The notes: generated by a model not told the origin, from the sequence alone. 64,000 bases of DNA from the human T2T-CHM13v2.0 reference genome, Homo sapiens (GCF_009914755.1 NC_060942.1); one strand, 5' to 3'; counted from the stretch's first letter, positions 15,991 to 29,039 are shown. Made by a program: numbers and translations.

Positions 15991-16149
15991 TTCCTGTGCT
16001 TTTGATTTATACAGGAATAACTACATATAGCATTTATGAAAGCAGTATCTTTCTTTTGAATAGCATATATTTATTTGTTTGTATTGAAATCATTTAGTAA
16101 TTATTAGAAACCATGAACTCTTCTAAGCAACTCACGTATCTTAACATAT

Positions 16150-16290
16150 AAAAATGATAACCCTGTGAGGTATGTGTATTTTATTCAAATTTTCCAGATG
16201 AAAACACTTGGGCACAGTGAGATTGAGTGATATACCAAGAAGCAGATTCAAACAAAAGCAGTTTTGCTGCAGAATTAATATATTTAAAGA
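16150..16290 (-). mobile_element. MIR fragment
   Basis: MIR core 'accctgtgaggta...ttttccagatgaaaacacttgggcacag'. Confidence 0.65.
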
Positions 16291-18044
16291 TTAGATCACA
16301 TTGTCTTTCCACAATATTATCACTTGTTTAATTAAATAAATAAATGACTGTATTAATGTATGCATGAATTAATGGTTAAATGAGTGAAAAGAGTAGTGAG
16401 ATTATAATAAAATACGACTTAGAAGTGACGTTTATCTCTTCAAATATTCAATTAATAGAATTTCCATTTAGAAATATTTTGGGAATAAGAACCAATTTTG
16501 GAAAATTGAATTAACAAAAATATCCTTTATGTAAGTCAGAAGGAAATTCCATTATATGCTTATTTCAAGAGATAAAGTATCTCTAAGTCTTGGTGATTGA
16601 TGAATAATTGCCTTTTTTAAAATAGGAACACTCAATTTTGAGGCATGAGACGATAGTCTGTTATATTTTTGTTATTATAATATCTGCCTGGAGGCAAACC
16701 CACAGCAAATATAAGTATTCTCATATCCATATTTATAAAGACATGTATAAAAAGATGGCTTCATGGCCACTTTGAACATGAGAGGAAAAATTTAAGGATA
16801 AAAATATGCTGAGAATGGCAGTATGGAAAGGTTGAAAGATTCTGATTGTTGATGAAACAGTTGGGCTGTTGAAATTAACTCTAGAATTTTTAGTAAGTGA
16901 ATAAAATATGCTACTGTTGCTTAAGTCAAATGTTATTTTTCCATAAAATGCATAATTGTTCTCCAATGCACACTAAAATATTAAATCTGATTGTACAGTT
17001 TAAAAGGTTGTGTTTAGATTCATCTGTATGGAAATTCAACTTTTGGTAATAAAAAAACACTTCAGACACATAGGTGCCTTAAGGAACTAACCCATGAAAC
17101 CCATAAAAAAGTGAGTTATGCATTAGAGAAATAAAACATCAAATACATTCATTGCAGCTGGTAATACCAGAAGTCACATCGGCCTTCTTCCCTTCCCTTT
17201 TTAAAAAACATCCATTTCAGGAATTTTCAATGGTAAAAATATTGTTATAAACAGAGTCACTTCTGAAGGATGCATGTTGCAAAGACTTGCTGGAAGAGGG
17301 ACCAGGTGTCTGGAGAAGCGAAACAGGTGGAGGAGAAGGAGGTGGAACCCGCCAGTCAGGACTAAAACAGGCTGAGGCCTTCACATATGTGTGTTCAGGA
17401 GAAACATGGGTAGGATGGGAGCAAGCTGCAAAACTCCTTCCTCTCTCTTTCATATTCACTCTCAAGAAATATGCTCATGTTTATGACATAATGCCTTCCT
17501 ATTTTCACATTTAAAATTACTGGGTTTGTTCATTTCAGATATATTGAAGTGTAAAAATGAAAAAAAGCAGATAAGCTAATTTTGATCTCTTTTATTTTCT
17601 TTCCCTGTCACTATTGCCTAAGGACAATTTCTCATATCTGGTGAGAAGATGAATGATAGAACTGAATATTTATTTAATTTCACAGACTACAGAAGTCATG
17701 CATGGACTGCAACAATGTAGCAGCTCAAAACTGCATTTATCCATTCCATGTTCTATGTTCAGTTATTAATCTGTTATATCAAAATCTAATTATACTAAAA
17801 TTTGGACCGAACAAACTTTGGACCACTGATGAGACTAGTCCATTGTGAGAACTTGGAATGAATAAAATGTAAGAAAGAAAATGGCATTCTGTTTCCAAAT
17901 TTTTTTTTGGCTAGAAAACAAAGTAAAGACAAATATCTATTCCAGTTATTGGAAACTTCATATAACTTTATATAACATTTGATAATTCTTAACTTGAAAG
18001 ACTGTGATTCTGCAGTTGATCTGGGACTCCATTAAGAGAGAGTC

Positions 18045-18250
18045 TCCATGTCCCTACAAAGGACAACATCGCACACCCGGGCCTGATGTGGGGTGGGCAG
18101 AGGGGGGAGGGATAGCATTAGGAGATATACCTAATGCAAATGATGAGTTAATGGGTGCAGCACACCAACATGGCACATGTATACATATGTAACAAACCTG
18201 CACGTTGTGCACATGTACCCTAAAACTTAAAGTATAATTTTTTTTAAAAA
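18045..18250 (+). mobile_element. Short L1PA 3' end with 5' inversion (twin-priming structure)
   Basis: Inverted L1 piece 'tccatgtccctacaaaggaca' at 18045-18065, then sense L1 3' UTR; TSD aagagagagt(c/t)tcc at 18034-18047 and 18250-18263. Confidence 0.88.
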
Positions 18251-18327
18251 AGAGAGAGTTTCCTTGAACTTATCTTTAAAAATATATTTAATTTTATCCA
18301 TAAAATACATGATCATAGATAAAAATA

Positions 18328-18660
18328 GGCCAGGTGCTGCGGTGGCTTACACCTGTAATCCCAGCACTATGGGAGGCCCAGGCAGAAGGATCACTTGAGC
18401 CCAGGAGTTTGAGATAACCTGGGAAACATGGTGAAACCCCAGTCTCTACAAAAAATAAAATAAAATAAAATAAAAAATAGCCTGGTGTTGTGGCATGTGC
18501 CTGTAGTCCCAACTACTTGGGAGACTGAAGTGGGAGATCACCTGAGCCCAGGAGGTCAGGACCACAGTGAGCCATGACTGTGTGTCTCACTGCACTGTAG
18601 CCTAGTGGACAGAGCAAGACTGTGTCTCAAAAATAAAATGAAATAAATAAAATAAAAATT
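18328..18660 (+). mobile_element. AluJ
   Basis: 'ggatcacttgagcccaggagtttgag' in the left arm, similar text in the right arm; (TAAAA)n linker and tail. Confidence 0.92.
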
Positions 18661-19056
18661 AAATTAATCTTGAAAGCCTTTTAAAATATCCCCATCTTCT
18701 TTTCCCCTATGTTTCTTTCCCTTTGAGTCAATAGATTTGTCATCCTTTAGATTTTCTTTTGGTAGTTACGTATCTTTAAAGCTAAACAGATTACTATATA
18801 TTGATATCTCAAGTTTTGACACTACCTATTTGCTTCTTGCTATGAGGGACAAGAATTTAGCTACTGTTCACCACACACCGCCTCCCCTGCTTCATCCTTC
18901 AGTGAGATACAGAGTATATTCAATTAAACAAGCAATGAATATTTAGTATTTAAAACAATATGATTGTGTAAATAGTGTTCACTGAAAAGTCAAATACTAC
19001 ATCATGATTACATTTCTTTCACTTAAAAATTTTTGCTTTTCACTAGGGTTTCTGAC

Positions 19057-19250
19057 TGGTATGGTTTGGCTGTGTCCCCACCCAAATCTCATCTCGAATT
19101 GTAGCTCTCATAATTCCCACAGGTCCTGGGTGGCACCCGGTAGGAGGTAATTGAATCATAAGAGAGGGACTTTCCCCAGCTGTTCTGGTGTTAGTGAGTA
19201 AGTCTCATGAGATCTGATGATTTTATAAAGGGGAGTTCCCCTGCACACAT
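19057..19250 (+). mobile_element. THE1 (THE1C-like) LTR 5' half, truncated
   Basis: 'tggtatggtttggctgtgtccccacccaaatctcatctcgaattgtagctc...ttttataaaggggagttcccctgcacac'. Confidence 0.85.
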
Positions 19251-19502
19251 TATTTTGCCCATTCACCCATTTGGTTTTTAAAAGGACCCTCTGTTTCCTG
19301 TTTCTTGTGTGTACTGCACATTTGGCATTTGCTGCTCTCCCAGCTTCCTTCTCATCCCTAGCTCTATCCATGATGTTTTTTTTTTTCCAAGAAATTCTTT
19401 TATCTCACTTTAACATAATGTAATTTCTATGGAACTGCCCCAAACTTCATAACAAGAAGGGGAATCTGGATAGTTAAAATTATTTACTCTAGCTAATTCA
19501 CC

Positions 19503-19652
19503 TTCTCTCTCTCTCTCTTTTTTTTTTTTTTTTTTTTTTTTGCCTAAGTTACTAGCTTTGGCCAGGAAAAGAAAAAGTCAGACTTTAGACTACTGTTTTT
19601 AGACAACTGTTTTGATTTATATATATTTATATATGAAAAAATATATATATAT
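19503..19652. repeat. (TC)n-poly(T) tract and a nearby (TA)n tract
   Basis: Seen directly at about 19503-19541 and 19617-19652. Confidence 0.85.
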
Positions 19653-19762
19653 TTGTGGGAAAGAAGCTCTTGCCTTTCATGAACACGAGGCTAAGAAGAT
19701 GTTGTGTTGTGTCTGTTGCATTCACTTGCAGTCGAAAGATTAAAAGAGACAGAACTGAGTCA

Positions 19763-20175
<413 letters not shown>

Positions 20176-20329
20176 CACTACACAAATCAATAAAGAATTT
20201 TCCTGCCATTTCGATGATGATATTGATGATTATAATGAACTGCATATGCTAGTTTGTATTTGGTTTTCAGTAATTTAGAGTTAAAAGTGACCTAATTGAT
20301 ACATGTGATCTAATATTTTTTGGTTTAAT

Positions 20330-21000
20330 TGGCTGTTTATCTGGAACAAATATCATGTAATTTCCTGGGAAAAGGTTGCAAGGCGAGAAATTTTCTGAGT
20401 TCTTCCATGACTGGAAAATCCTTTAGTGGATATTGATTTCATTGATAGTCTGGTGAGGTATAAAATCTTAAATTAAAAATAATTTTCTCACAGCATTTTG
20501 AAAGAATTTAGAGTTAAGGTACTTCAGAGTTAAGGTTAAAATATTATTAGACTTTATTCTGTGTAATTGCATTTTTTAAATTTCTAGAAGTGTTCAAAAT
20601 GCTCTCAATATTCCAGATTACATGAAATTTGATGAGAATGCTCTTTGTTACATTTTAGTTTTTCTTCATCTAGCTAAAGTATCTCAGTGTGTACTTCCAG
20701 TGGAAAACTTCCTCATATATTTGTTTGCCCATAGTTTGTTTTATATTTCTAACAATAAGGTGAGAAAAAGATAGTAGGACATCTGGGTACATTTATAAGA
20801 TGTGTCTATTGTCAGATTTGTTCTAGAATTATTGGAAGCAAGATAAATGTAAATATTCTGAGAAATAACCAAATTTCAGACTGTGGATTGCTTTTGTAGA
20901 AGACAGTTTAATTTCCCCAGGGATGAAACCTTAAATTTCATGTCTGGGCAATGGGAAGGAGATAGACATGAGGCAGGCAAACCTCTGTGCATGAAGATGG
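20330..21000 (-). mobile_element. HAL1/L1M-like old fragment
   Basis: 'ttgatagtctggtgaggtataaaatcttaaattaaaaataattttctcacagcattttgaa' resembles the recalled HAL1 consensus. Confidence 0.5.
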
Positions 21001-21771
21001 AGAATGACAGCATACAGTCATATGTGTAGACTTAATTAATTCTCCTCTTTTCAGTTCTGATGAAGTTCCACCCCTCTTTGTACCTTGCATCTGTGGCACT
21101 AAGTAAAGTTGAAGGGTCAGATACTGGAAGAAGGGATGGAAAAGCTAAAATGCTAGGGCGGACACTGTGTAAGAATGGAAGAGCTGCAGATGGTTATGAT
21201 CCACCAGAAAGCCTGCAGGATAACTATATTATATGGAATGAACTGCTGCAAGAGCACCAGCATCTCTGAATGTTTGGTTGTGGCTCTCTTCTTCACACCA
21301 AGGCAGATGGTAAGAAATGTCATTACAGAATTAGGCAAACTGATAGTAGTGGGAACAAGAGGACCCTAGAACAACAGAGACCAGGTGATTAGAAGGTCAC
21401 AATGACCGTAATGGTTTAGGAGGGCAGTAGACAAAAAATCTGATCCACTGAAAGTTGTGGAGATGATAGAGCACAGCAACCCTGAAAACAGCATGGGTAG
21501 AAAGCCAGCAGGGTGCTGCTGAGCTTGTACTGTCAGGAGAAATCGAGGAGATATGACCAAAATTCTGAAGGCAGTTGCCCAAAAGTGTTAACATCCTTTT
21601 CTTGATTTCTGGATCTGAGTCAGTTTTATGAACTGGAACTCACTGACTGCAGGGGAAGCCATGTTCCCAGAGGGAAGGACCCACACCATCACAATCAGAG
21701 TGCTTGGTAAGGAGTCCGCAGGCCTTGCCCAGGGGCCATAGCCATTTCCTTGGGTGAATGCCTACTCAGCA

Positions 21772-22284
21772 TGTTAGTTTGCGAAGGCTACTGTAACAAA
21801 CAACCACCAACTGGAATGTTTAAACCACAGAAATGTAAGTAACCCCAATCCATGGGTGAGAAAAAAAAATAAGCCACAGAAATGTATTGTCTCACAGTTC
21901 TGGTGGACAGAAGTCCCAAAATCAAGGTGCCTGGATCAGTTCCTCCTGAGAACTGCAAAGGAGAATCTGTTGTAGGGCTCTTTTCTTCTTCTGGTGGCCA
22001 CTGAAATCTTTAGTGCATCTTCGTTTGTATCATGGAAGCATCATCCTCTTCTCTGCCTTCATCTTCACATTGGGTCATCTTGGTGTGTGTAACTGTGTCC
22101 AAGTTTCCACTTTTTATAAATACACAGTCATATTGGCTTAAGGGCCCACCCTACACCAGCATGAGCTCATTTAAACTTTTTACATCTGCAATGACCCTGT
22201 TTCTAAATAAGGTCAAAATCTATGGTGCTGGGGTTAGGACTTTAACATATTAATTCTGTGGAGGACCAAAATTCAACCCCTAAT
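21772..22284 (-). mobile_element. MLT1B/C-like MaLR LTR
   Basis: 'ggctactgtaacaaac...tctcacagttctggtgga...ggggttaggactttaacatat...aattcaacccctaata'. Confidence 0.85.
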
Positions 22285-22551
22285 ACTGGAAAAAAAACTG
22301 ATAACAAGTATTGTGAGGTGTGCTGGATACAGGGCACTTGTCAACATTGCAATCTGAAGACCCCAAGCTTAATCATGGCCCCAGTTAGAATGGAGGCACA
22401 TGGGAGCCAGATAATAAATGGGTTTTATTGAGGGTGGTCCAAGCAGAAGTCTGAGAAACTCCCCTCCACTGTCAGCCGAGAGAGCAAATAAAATAATATT
22501 GCACTGTGGTCATAGGGATGCTGAGTCAGCACTGATTTTCAGGATCTAAAT

Positions 22552-22748
22552 CCTGGGAAAACTAACTGTGGCCGTGAGTCTGTCGTCTTTTATTGTGGGG
22601 CTAACAAGTGAAGAATGATTTTTACACTTTTAAAGAATTGTAAAAACCAACAAACAAAGAATATATTGCAGAGACTACACGTGGTTCCCAGAGCCTAAAA
22701 TATGTACTTTTTTATTTATCTTTACAGAAAAATGACTCTGCCACCCTG
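22552..22748. mobile_element. MER58-type hAT-Charlie MITE
   Basis: 'aagaatgatttttacacttttaaag...agcctaaaatat...ctttacagaaaaa...ccctg'; 8-bp TSD atctaaat (22544-22551) / atttaaat (22749-22756). Confidence 0.8.
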
Positions 22749-23034
22749 ATTTAAATGATTCAAGACCCCAACACATTTCTGTTTAATTGACCATCTGGTC
22801 AATGTAGACAAATGGTGGATCCTGGAGGGTGACAGTGCACTGCTGTGGACCCTGCTAAATATTAACCCCAATGGCTAGAGCAGATAAACACGGCACAGTT
22901 ACACACCATTCTACCATTGACAGGTCAAATATATTAGTTCCTGTTCCATCAGAAAAGAGGATGATGTCAGCAGACAATATCCAGCTATTACCTCATTCAG
23001 GATTTTGCCTCAGCAGCAGTGAGCTGCCTCTCCT

Positions 23035-23290
23035 GTTGTAGCCCACATCCAATAAATAATCTAAAGCCAGGTTATAAAGGCTTGGCCGTTTCAAGCCTGC
23101 ACAGGACAACTCTGTCTAGCTGGCTATGCTCCAGCTGGCCCCAAGGCTTGTTGAACTCGCATCACACTTCGCTTTTTGTCTCTGAGCAATCTGCTTTACC
23201 ATCTTCTCTCTGGCACTGCTGGCTGTTGATCCCTAATAAATATTTCCCACATCACACTGGATCTCAGCTTCCACTTCCAAAAAAGTCATT
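23035..23290 (+). mobile_element. ERVL-class LTR fragment (LTR16/LTR33-like 3' part)
   Basis: 'ccctaataaatatttcccacatcacactggatctcagc' resembles the R/U5 region; follows the ERVL internal remnant. Confidence 0.4.
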
Positions 23291-25269
23291 TTATAATGGT
23301 CACCAGTTGGACTGCAGTAATTCATAAACTTCTGCTCTGATTTTATAATATAGCAGTTAGTATTACTTTAATAGAAAAAATTAAAATATATTTAATTCAA
23401 TTGAAGAAATAATATGAAGAAATCAAAAACAGGCAAATAGATAAATATTTAAATTAAGTCAAGATAGTGGATCAAAACTATACTGCATTGCAGCAGTAGG
23501 GATGACAGAAGTTAGCACCAACTTTAAGGATCTAAATTGGGGTAAGCTGGCTACAGCCGTGGGTCCCTGGCTTGTTATTGGATGACTGATGAGCAAAGAA
23601 TGGTTTTCATATTCAAAAGTCAAAGTAATGACTTGTATTAAGTCACAGGAGTGAATACTTTTATACTGTAGGAGTTTGCGCTTCTTGTCCTCCCTTTGAC
23701 CTAGGTCCAGCCATGAGGTTTCTTCCTTTTCCTGTCAAATTCCCCAATTAACCTGATTGTCCATGGTGAGATCAAACACAACCTTGAAGCCTTCATATCT
23801 ACTTTATATAATCCTATTCTTCCCATTATCTTTAGTTTGAACAACAAGTAGTAATGCTCCCACTCTAAAGAAAAATCAAGATTTTTATGAACATAAAAAG
23901 TTTTCAAATATATAAATACTAGTTCATGGTTATAAATGTGAAATGTCTTGGCCATTCCATTTCCATGTTTTCTCATACATGTTATTTGCACAGAAAGTAG
24001 TGTGCTTTCACCTGGGGACAATGTTCCCGCCTCAGAATTGCCAACGTACATGAAAACGATTACCCTGACATCCAAGAGAAGGGCGATGACAGACCTTGAT
24101 CACATAATTTTCCAAATAGCATAAGCTGTTTATTTCTTTTTAAACATTGAGAGAGTGTCTTGTTACATTGTTATTGAATTGCTAGTAGAGTCTTTTTTTG
24201 TCTCTTTGAACTGAAGGAAAGACAATTCATAAATGATGTGACTTACATGGAAGATATTTTGTCTTCGTTTGGTTTTAACTTTTCCTTTTTCAGGTAGGTG
24301 CCACAGGAATGAGCTAGTAATAGGTTTGAAAAGGATGCAGAAGCCAAGCAGCCCTGTGATCTGAGCCATAACCATGTAGCTGCAGGCATGCAGGCATTTG
24401 GCCGCAGCAGGCTGGAGTCATGAGAATGCATCCAGGACATACAGATTCAACGAGTGTGCGAGTTTTTTTATCTTGTTGTGTCAGCCAGATGAGGAATTAG
24501 TTTGGAAGAAGAACATTTTATCCTACTGATATCCATTATGTTTTAAATGTTCTCTTCATTTTGACCAAAGTACAACCTCTTTGATGAGGATAAGCTACAC
24601 AAGCAGATCTCCTCCGTATTATAAAATTCTAATTAAATGCAGTTAATTGAAAAATTAACCAAGTTTTTATTTGGCAGATTGTATGACTAGAGCATTTTAA
24701 TTAAGTGGAATTTCCAGGGGATATTGATGATAGCATTTTGTTTTAAATTGAGAACAAAATCTTTTTACCCCAAGAGAATGAAAGCAGCATATAGAGACCA
24801 TATTTCTTTTTCATTAAAGAACAATGACGTTGAATCTGTTTATAGGGCTTTGCAGTACAACAGATGACTGCTGTATATTAGTCGTTAGCCTCTAAAGCAG
24901 TGAGAAGATTTCTGGCAGACATAGGTAGAAGATGGTTTGTGAAGAGTTGGCTGATTCACAGTTATTCAACAAAGTCTGTAATTGCAGCAAATATATTCAT
25001 CTTATTCTGAACCTGCATCTGCAAAATGGGAATGAAAAAGTTCAACATAAAAATTCTTAGCAATTGGTTTTTAGACCAAGATGTTTCTTTACCTTTGTTT
25101 GCTATTTTTGTACATGCCTCTCAAATTGAAGAATTAGTTAAAATAACCTGATATATGCTATGATCATTATTTTGAAAAGCATAAAACATTCTTTGTAGCT
25201 GCATTTTCATTCATTCTCACCACATCTTATTTTTTTCGTCTTCCTGTCTTTGCTAGGGAGAAGTCAAGC

Positions 25270-25410
25270 ACTTTTCTCTGTCTTCCCTGCATTTTCAATG
25301 AGGAAAGTTAAGACTGGAAAAGTGAAGTGACTTAATCACGACAAACGTAGAATTAAATGATGAAGGTAGAGTGGAGGACATTTCAACTCTACCCAGAGAT
25401 TTGAGCTGTG
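25270..25410 (-). mobile_element. MIR fragment
   Basis: 'attttcaatgaggaaagttaagactggaaaagtgaagtgactt'. Confidence 0.55.
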
Positions 25411-25691
25411 GGAGAGGAGGGAAAGAAAGGACCACCATTCAAAGAACTTCTGTCAAATGTTCACTGTTTTAAAGACGCAATAGGTCTCAGTTGACGTAAG
25501 AGACTACAAATTGTACGCTAATATTCAAGCATTGATTTGGATAAATAAACGGGTGGCCTTCTAGTAACATAAATAAAAATGAAATTACATAATTGTAATA
25601 AGATAAAATCAACTAAGCTAAATTATTTTATTTCTTTTTCTTTCCTTTAGTTTGCTTTAATAAGAACCCCTATGAACACGAAGAATTATTA

Positions 25692-25969
<278 letters not shown>

Positions 25970-26544
25970 TCATTAAAAGTTATACGTTGTCAGAAATATT
26001 ATAGTTATCCTTTAGCATATTATAGCTAAAGAGGTGATTGCGAGCTTCATGCTGTATCTATGGAAACGGTATAGGCTTATAAAAATAACAATAAATCTTA
26101 TCAGAATATGCATCAAATCTATTTTATGTTATTTATCTTTAAAGATGCTAGCCACTTTTCAACTCTGAGCTTTTGTCAAAATGCTACTTTATAAATATTG
26201 ATAATTAATTTCAGTAATCTCCTTAGGTTTACAGTAATATACTATGTGGTACATGGGACATTGACATTAATTATTAAGATTATAATGCAAATTTTGACTG
26301 AAACTAAGAATTAGTGAAATTAATGTATTTTAAATATTTAAAAATGTATCAAGCATATCTTATAGCTACTTCCCTTAAGAGGAGGACTTTCAGTAGCCTA
26401 CAGGGCAATCTTCTGATTAAATTACTTGAGTTTACATTGTTTTGAATGAATTGAACATTTAAATGGATATCAATGAAAACTTTCAGAATATTTACATACC
26501 ATAGACTATATTTCCCCCAAGTAAATAACATGAAACACCAAGTA

Positions 26545-27015
26545 TTTTTCTTATTTGTATAAATTTAATGGATACAATTACAGTTTTGTTACAGGGATAT
26601 ATTGTGCAGTGGTGAAGTCAGGGCTTTTAGCATAACCATTACCGTCACCATGATAATACATTGTATCTATTACATCATTTATCACCCCTTACCTTCCTCC
26701 ACCCTCCCTTCTTCTGATTCTCCAATGTTGATTATTCCACATTCTAGTCCAACTGTACACATTATTTAGCTCCCACTTAGAAGTGAGATGATGTGATGTT
26801 TGACTTTGTGTTTCTGAGTTGTTTCAATTAAGATAATTGCCTCCAGTTCCACCCATGTTGCTTTTACAGAAGACATGATTTCATTCGTCTTTATAGCTGA
26901 ATACTATTCCGGGGTATGTATGTAATACATTTTCTTTATCCAATCCTCCATTTATGAACACTTAGGTTGATTCCATATCTTTGCTATTGTGAATTGTGCT
27001 GAGATAAGTCTATGA
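26545..27015 (-). mobile_element. L1PB-class 3' end (L1PB4-like)
   Basis: 'cagttttgttacagggatatattgtgcagtggtgaagtcagggcttttag'. Confidence 0.85.
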
Positions 27016-27772
27016 GTATTTAACAGCTTTCATGACATTGAATCTGAGAAAGAGGAATTGATATTTTTCTTAACATAGAAAACATTCATTTGGTTCTGAT
27101 GTGAACTCATGAAACTGTAAATTCTGTAAATTTTTCCCAACGTGGAAGATTCTTTTAGTAAGATGGAATATTCCTAATTCCAGAGAAGCAAGCTTGTAAT
27201 CAATGATGTTTTAAGTCCTGGTCAGAGTGGAATTTAGCATCATTTTACTGTTAATGTTAAAATGAGGTTAGATTTCGATGTTAAGTGATTTTCATTCTAG
27301 ACTCAAGTGCACAACTTTTCCATTTCAGACTTTTATGTTTAAGTGTACAATGTGCTCTTGGGCATACTAATCACAATTCAATTGACTCAGTGCATTCTGC
27401 ATACATTACTCAAAATAAACAGCACATTGTTTTACCTATTCTTTTACTACAAACCAAATACTATGCTAATAAAATTGAGAAGTAGTACAATAAATAATTG
27501 CTTCTGAAATTCATAATAAAGTGCTGTGTTAATTAAAACAATTATACATACTAATGGATTGCTGTTCACTACCTATACACTTGCTAAGAGTTCTCCTGGT
27601 CATAAAAAAGTCACAAAGGCATATTACTGTTTTAAATCCATCTACCTAATAAGCCCCAAGTATAAATAACACTAGTCAAGGAGGATTAGGAAAGAAGTGT
27701 AGGCAATTATTAAAGGAGCAAAAGAAGCTACCAGAATTTACCACAAGCTAAGAAATGTATATTGGTGGGAGC

Positions 27773-28222
27773 TGTAGTGGGTCGAATAGTGTCCCCTGCA
27801 AAATTCCAGTCCACTGGGAACCACAGAATGTGACCTCATTTAAAGCAAGGGTCTTTGCAGAGGTAATTAAAGGTTTGAGATGAGATCATCCTGTAGTAGA
27901 GTGGACCCTCAATCCAGTGATGAATGTTCTTAGAGAAGACAGTAAAGGAGAGGACAGAGACACAGAGAGGAAGGTCATAGGAAGATGAGGCAGAGACAGG
28001 AGGGCAGACCCAAGCTAAGGAACACCAGATACGTCAGCAGCCACGGAAGCTAGGAGCAGAGCATGGAATAGACTTTTCCTCAGCGCTTCCAGAAGGAATC
28101 AGCTCTGACAATACCTTGATTTTGCTCTTTTGGCCTCTTGAACTGTGAAAGAATAAATTTCTGTTGTTTTAACCCAAATCATTTGTAGTAATTTGCTATG
28201 GCAGCTTCAAGAAACTAATAGA
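27773..28222 (+). mobile_element. MLT1C-like solo LTR
   Basis: 'tgtagtgggtcgaatagtgtcccc...gaactgtgaaagaataaatttctgttg...aaactaataga'; TSD ggagc/ggggc. Confidence 0.88.
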
Positions 28223-29039
28223 GGGGCATATTAATTAGTATTTATATTTTGCGTCTACTTTCAGTTGATTTCAAAAAGAAAAAGGATACACAAGCTGATA
28301 TGAATGTATTAATTAGGAATCTTTCCCACCTCTACACTAATTCACAACTTTCTGTGATTTTTGAAAGTCCATGCCTAAAAGATTTTTGAAGGTCCAGATC
28401 TAAAAGAACTGTCCATTTCTGATCAATTTTAAATTCTAAAATGCAGAATATACTCAAAAACAAAAAGAAATGCAGTTATATTTTAACTGAGATTATTTTA
28501 GATGAAGATTTAATTTCTTATATACTTATTTTTACATCTGGATATCTTATAGATGATATTTTAAAGCCAAGCTTAATTGTCTACTATTGTTTTATGGTTA
28601 CCATGTAAAGTCTTTCAGAAATATTCCTGTGTCAGTGTATGTTTTTAACAATTGAATATTTCTATGAGTTTAGGAAGTTAGATGATTCCAATTGTGAACA
28701 ATCAATTTCTTCTTAGATTCCTAGGTAAACATGACTATAAGTGTAATATGACTGTGCTTTAACTGTTTGAATGTTCCTTGCATGTTTGTGAAAAATTAGC
28801 ATTCACATATTTAGAAAACAACTGACAATTTTTAAAAACTGCTTTGAATAAACTGCAAATTAGCAGGATTTATGCTCCTGATAAATAAGTTGTTTTTTAA
28901 GAAGGAAAAGAGTGGGTCACCTTGGAGTGATAATGTTTCTTTGAAAAGCTCTTTGTTCCTTTCTTCTCCTTATCATTGTTTCTTATTTTCCACCCATTCT
29001 CTTTATCTCCATTGCACTTGACCTAGCCACATTATCCTT

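Larger units (their letters stand above)
21150..23020 (+). mobile_element. Degenerate ERVL internal region (gag-pro-pol remnants), interrupted by MLT1 and MER58
   Basis: Protease-like 'ctggatacaggg' (LDTG) near 22323; RT N-terminal-like 'ggatcctggagggtgacagtg' (GSWRVTV) near 22817. Confidence 0.6.

Noticed and set aside
20509-20537. Short direct repeat AGAGTTAAGGT x2 (similar cases near 14206 and 37070)
   Set aside because: Ordinary micro-duplications with no insert or tail.
23701-24075. 124-aa minus-strand ORF
   Set aside because: It has a non-ATG start, no recognisable domain and no supporting exon structure.
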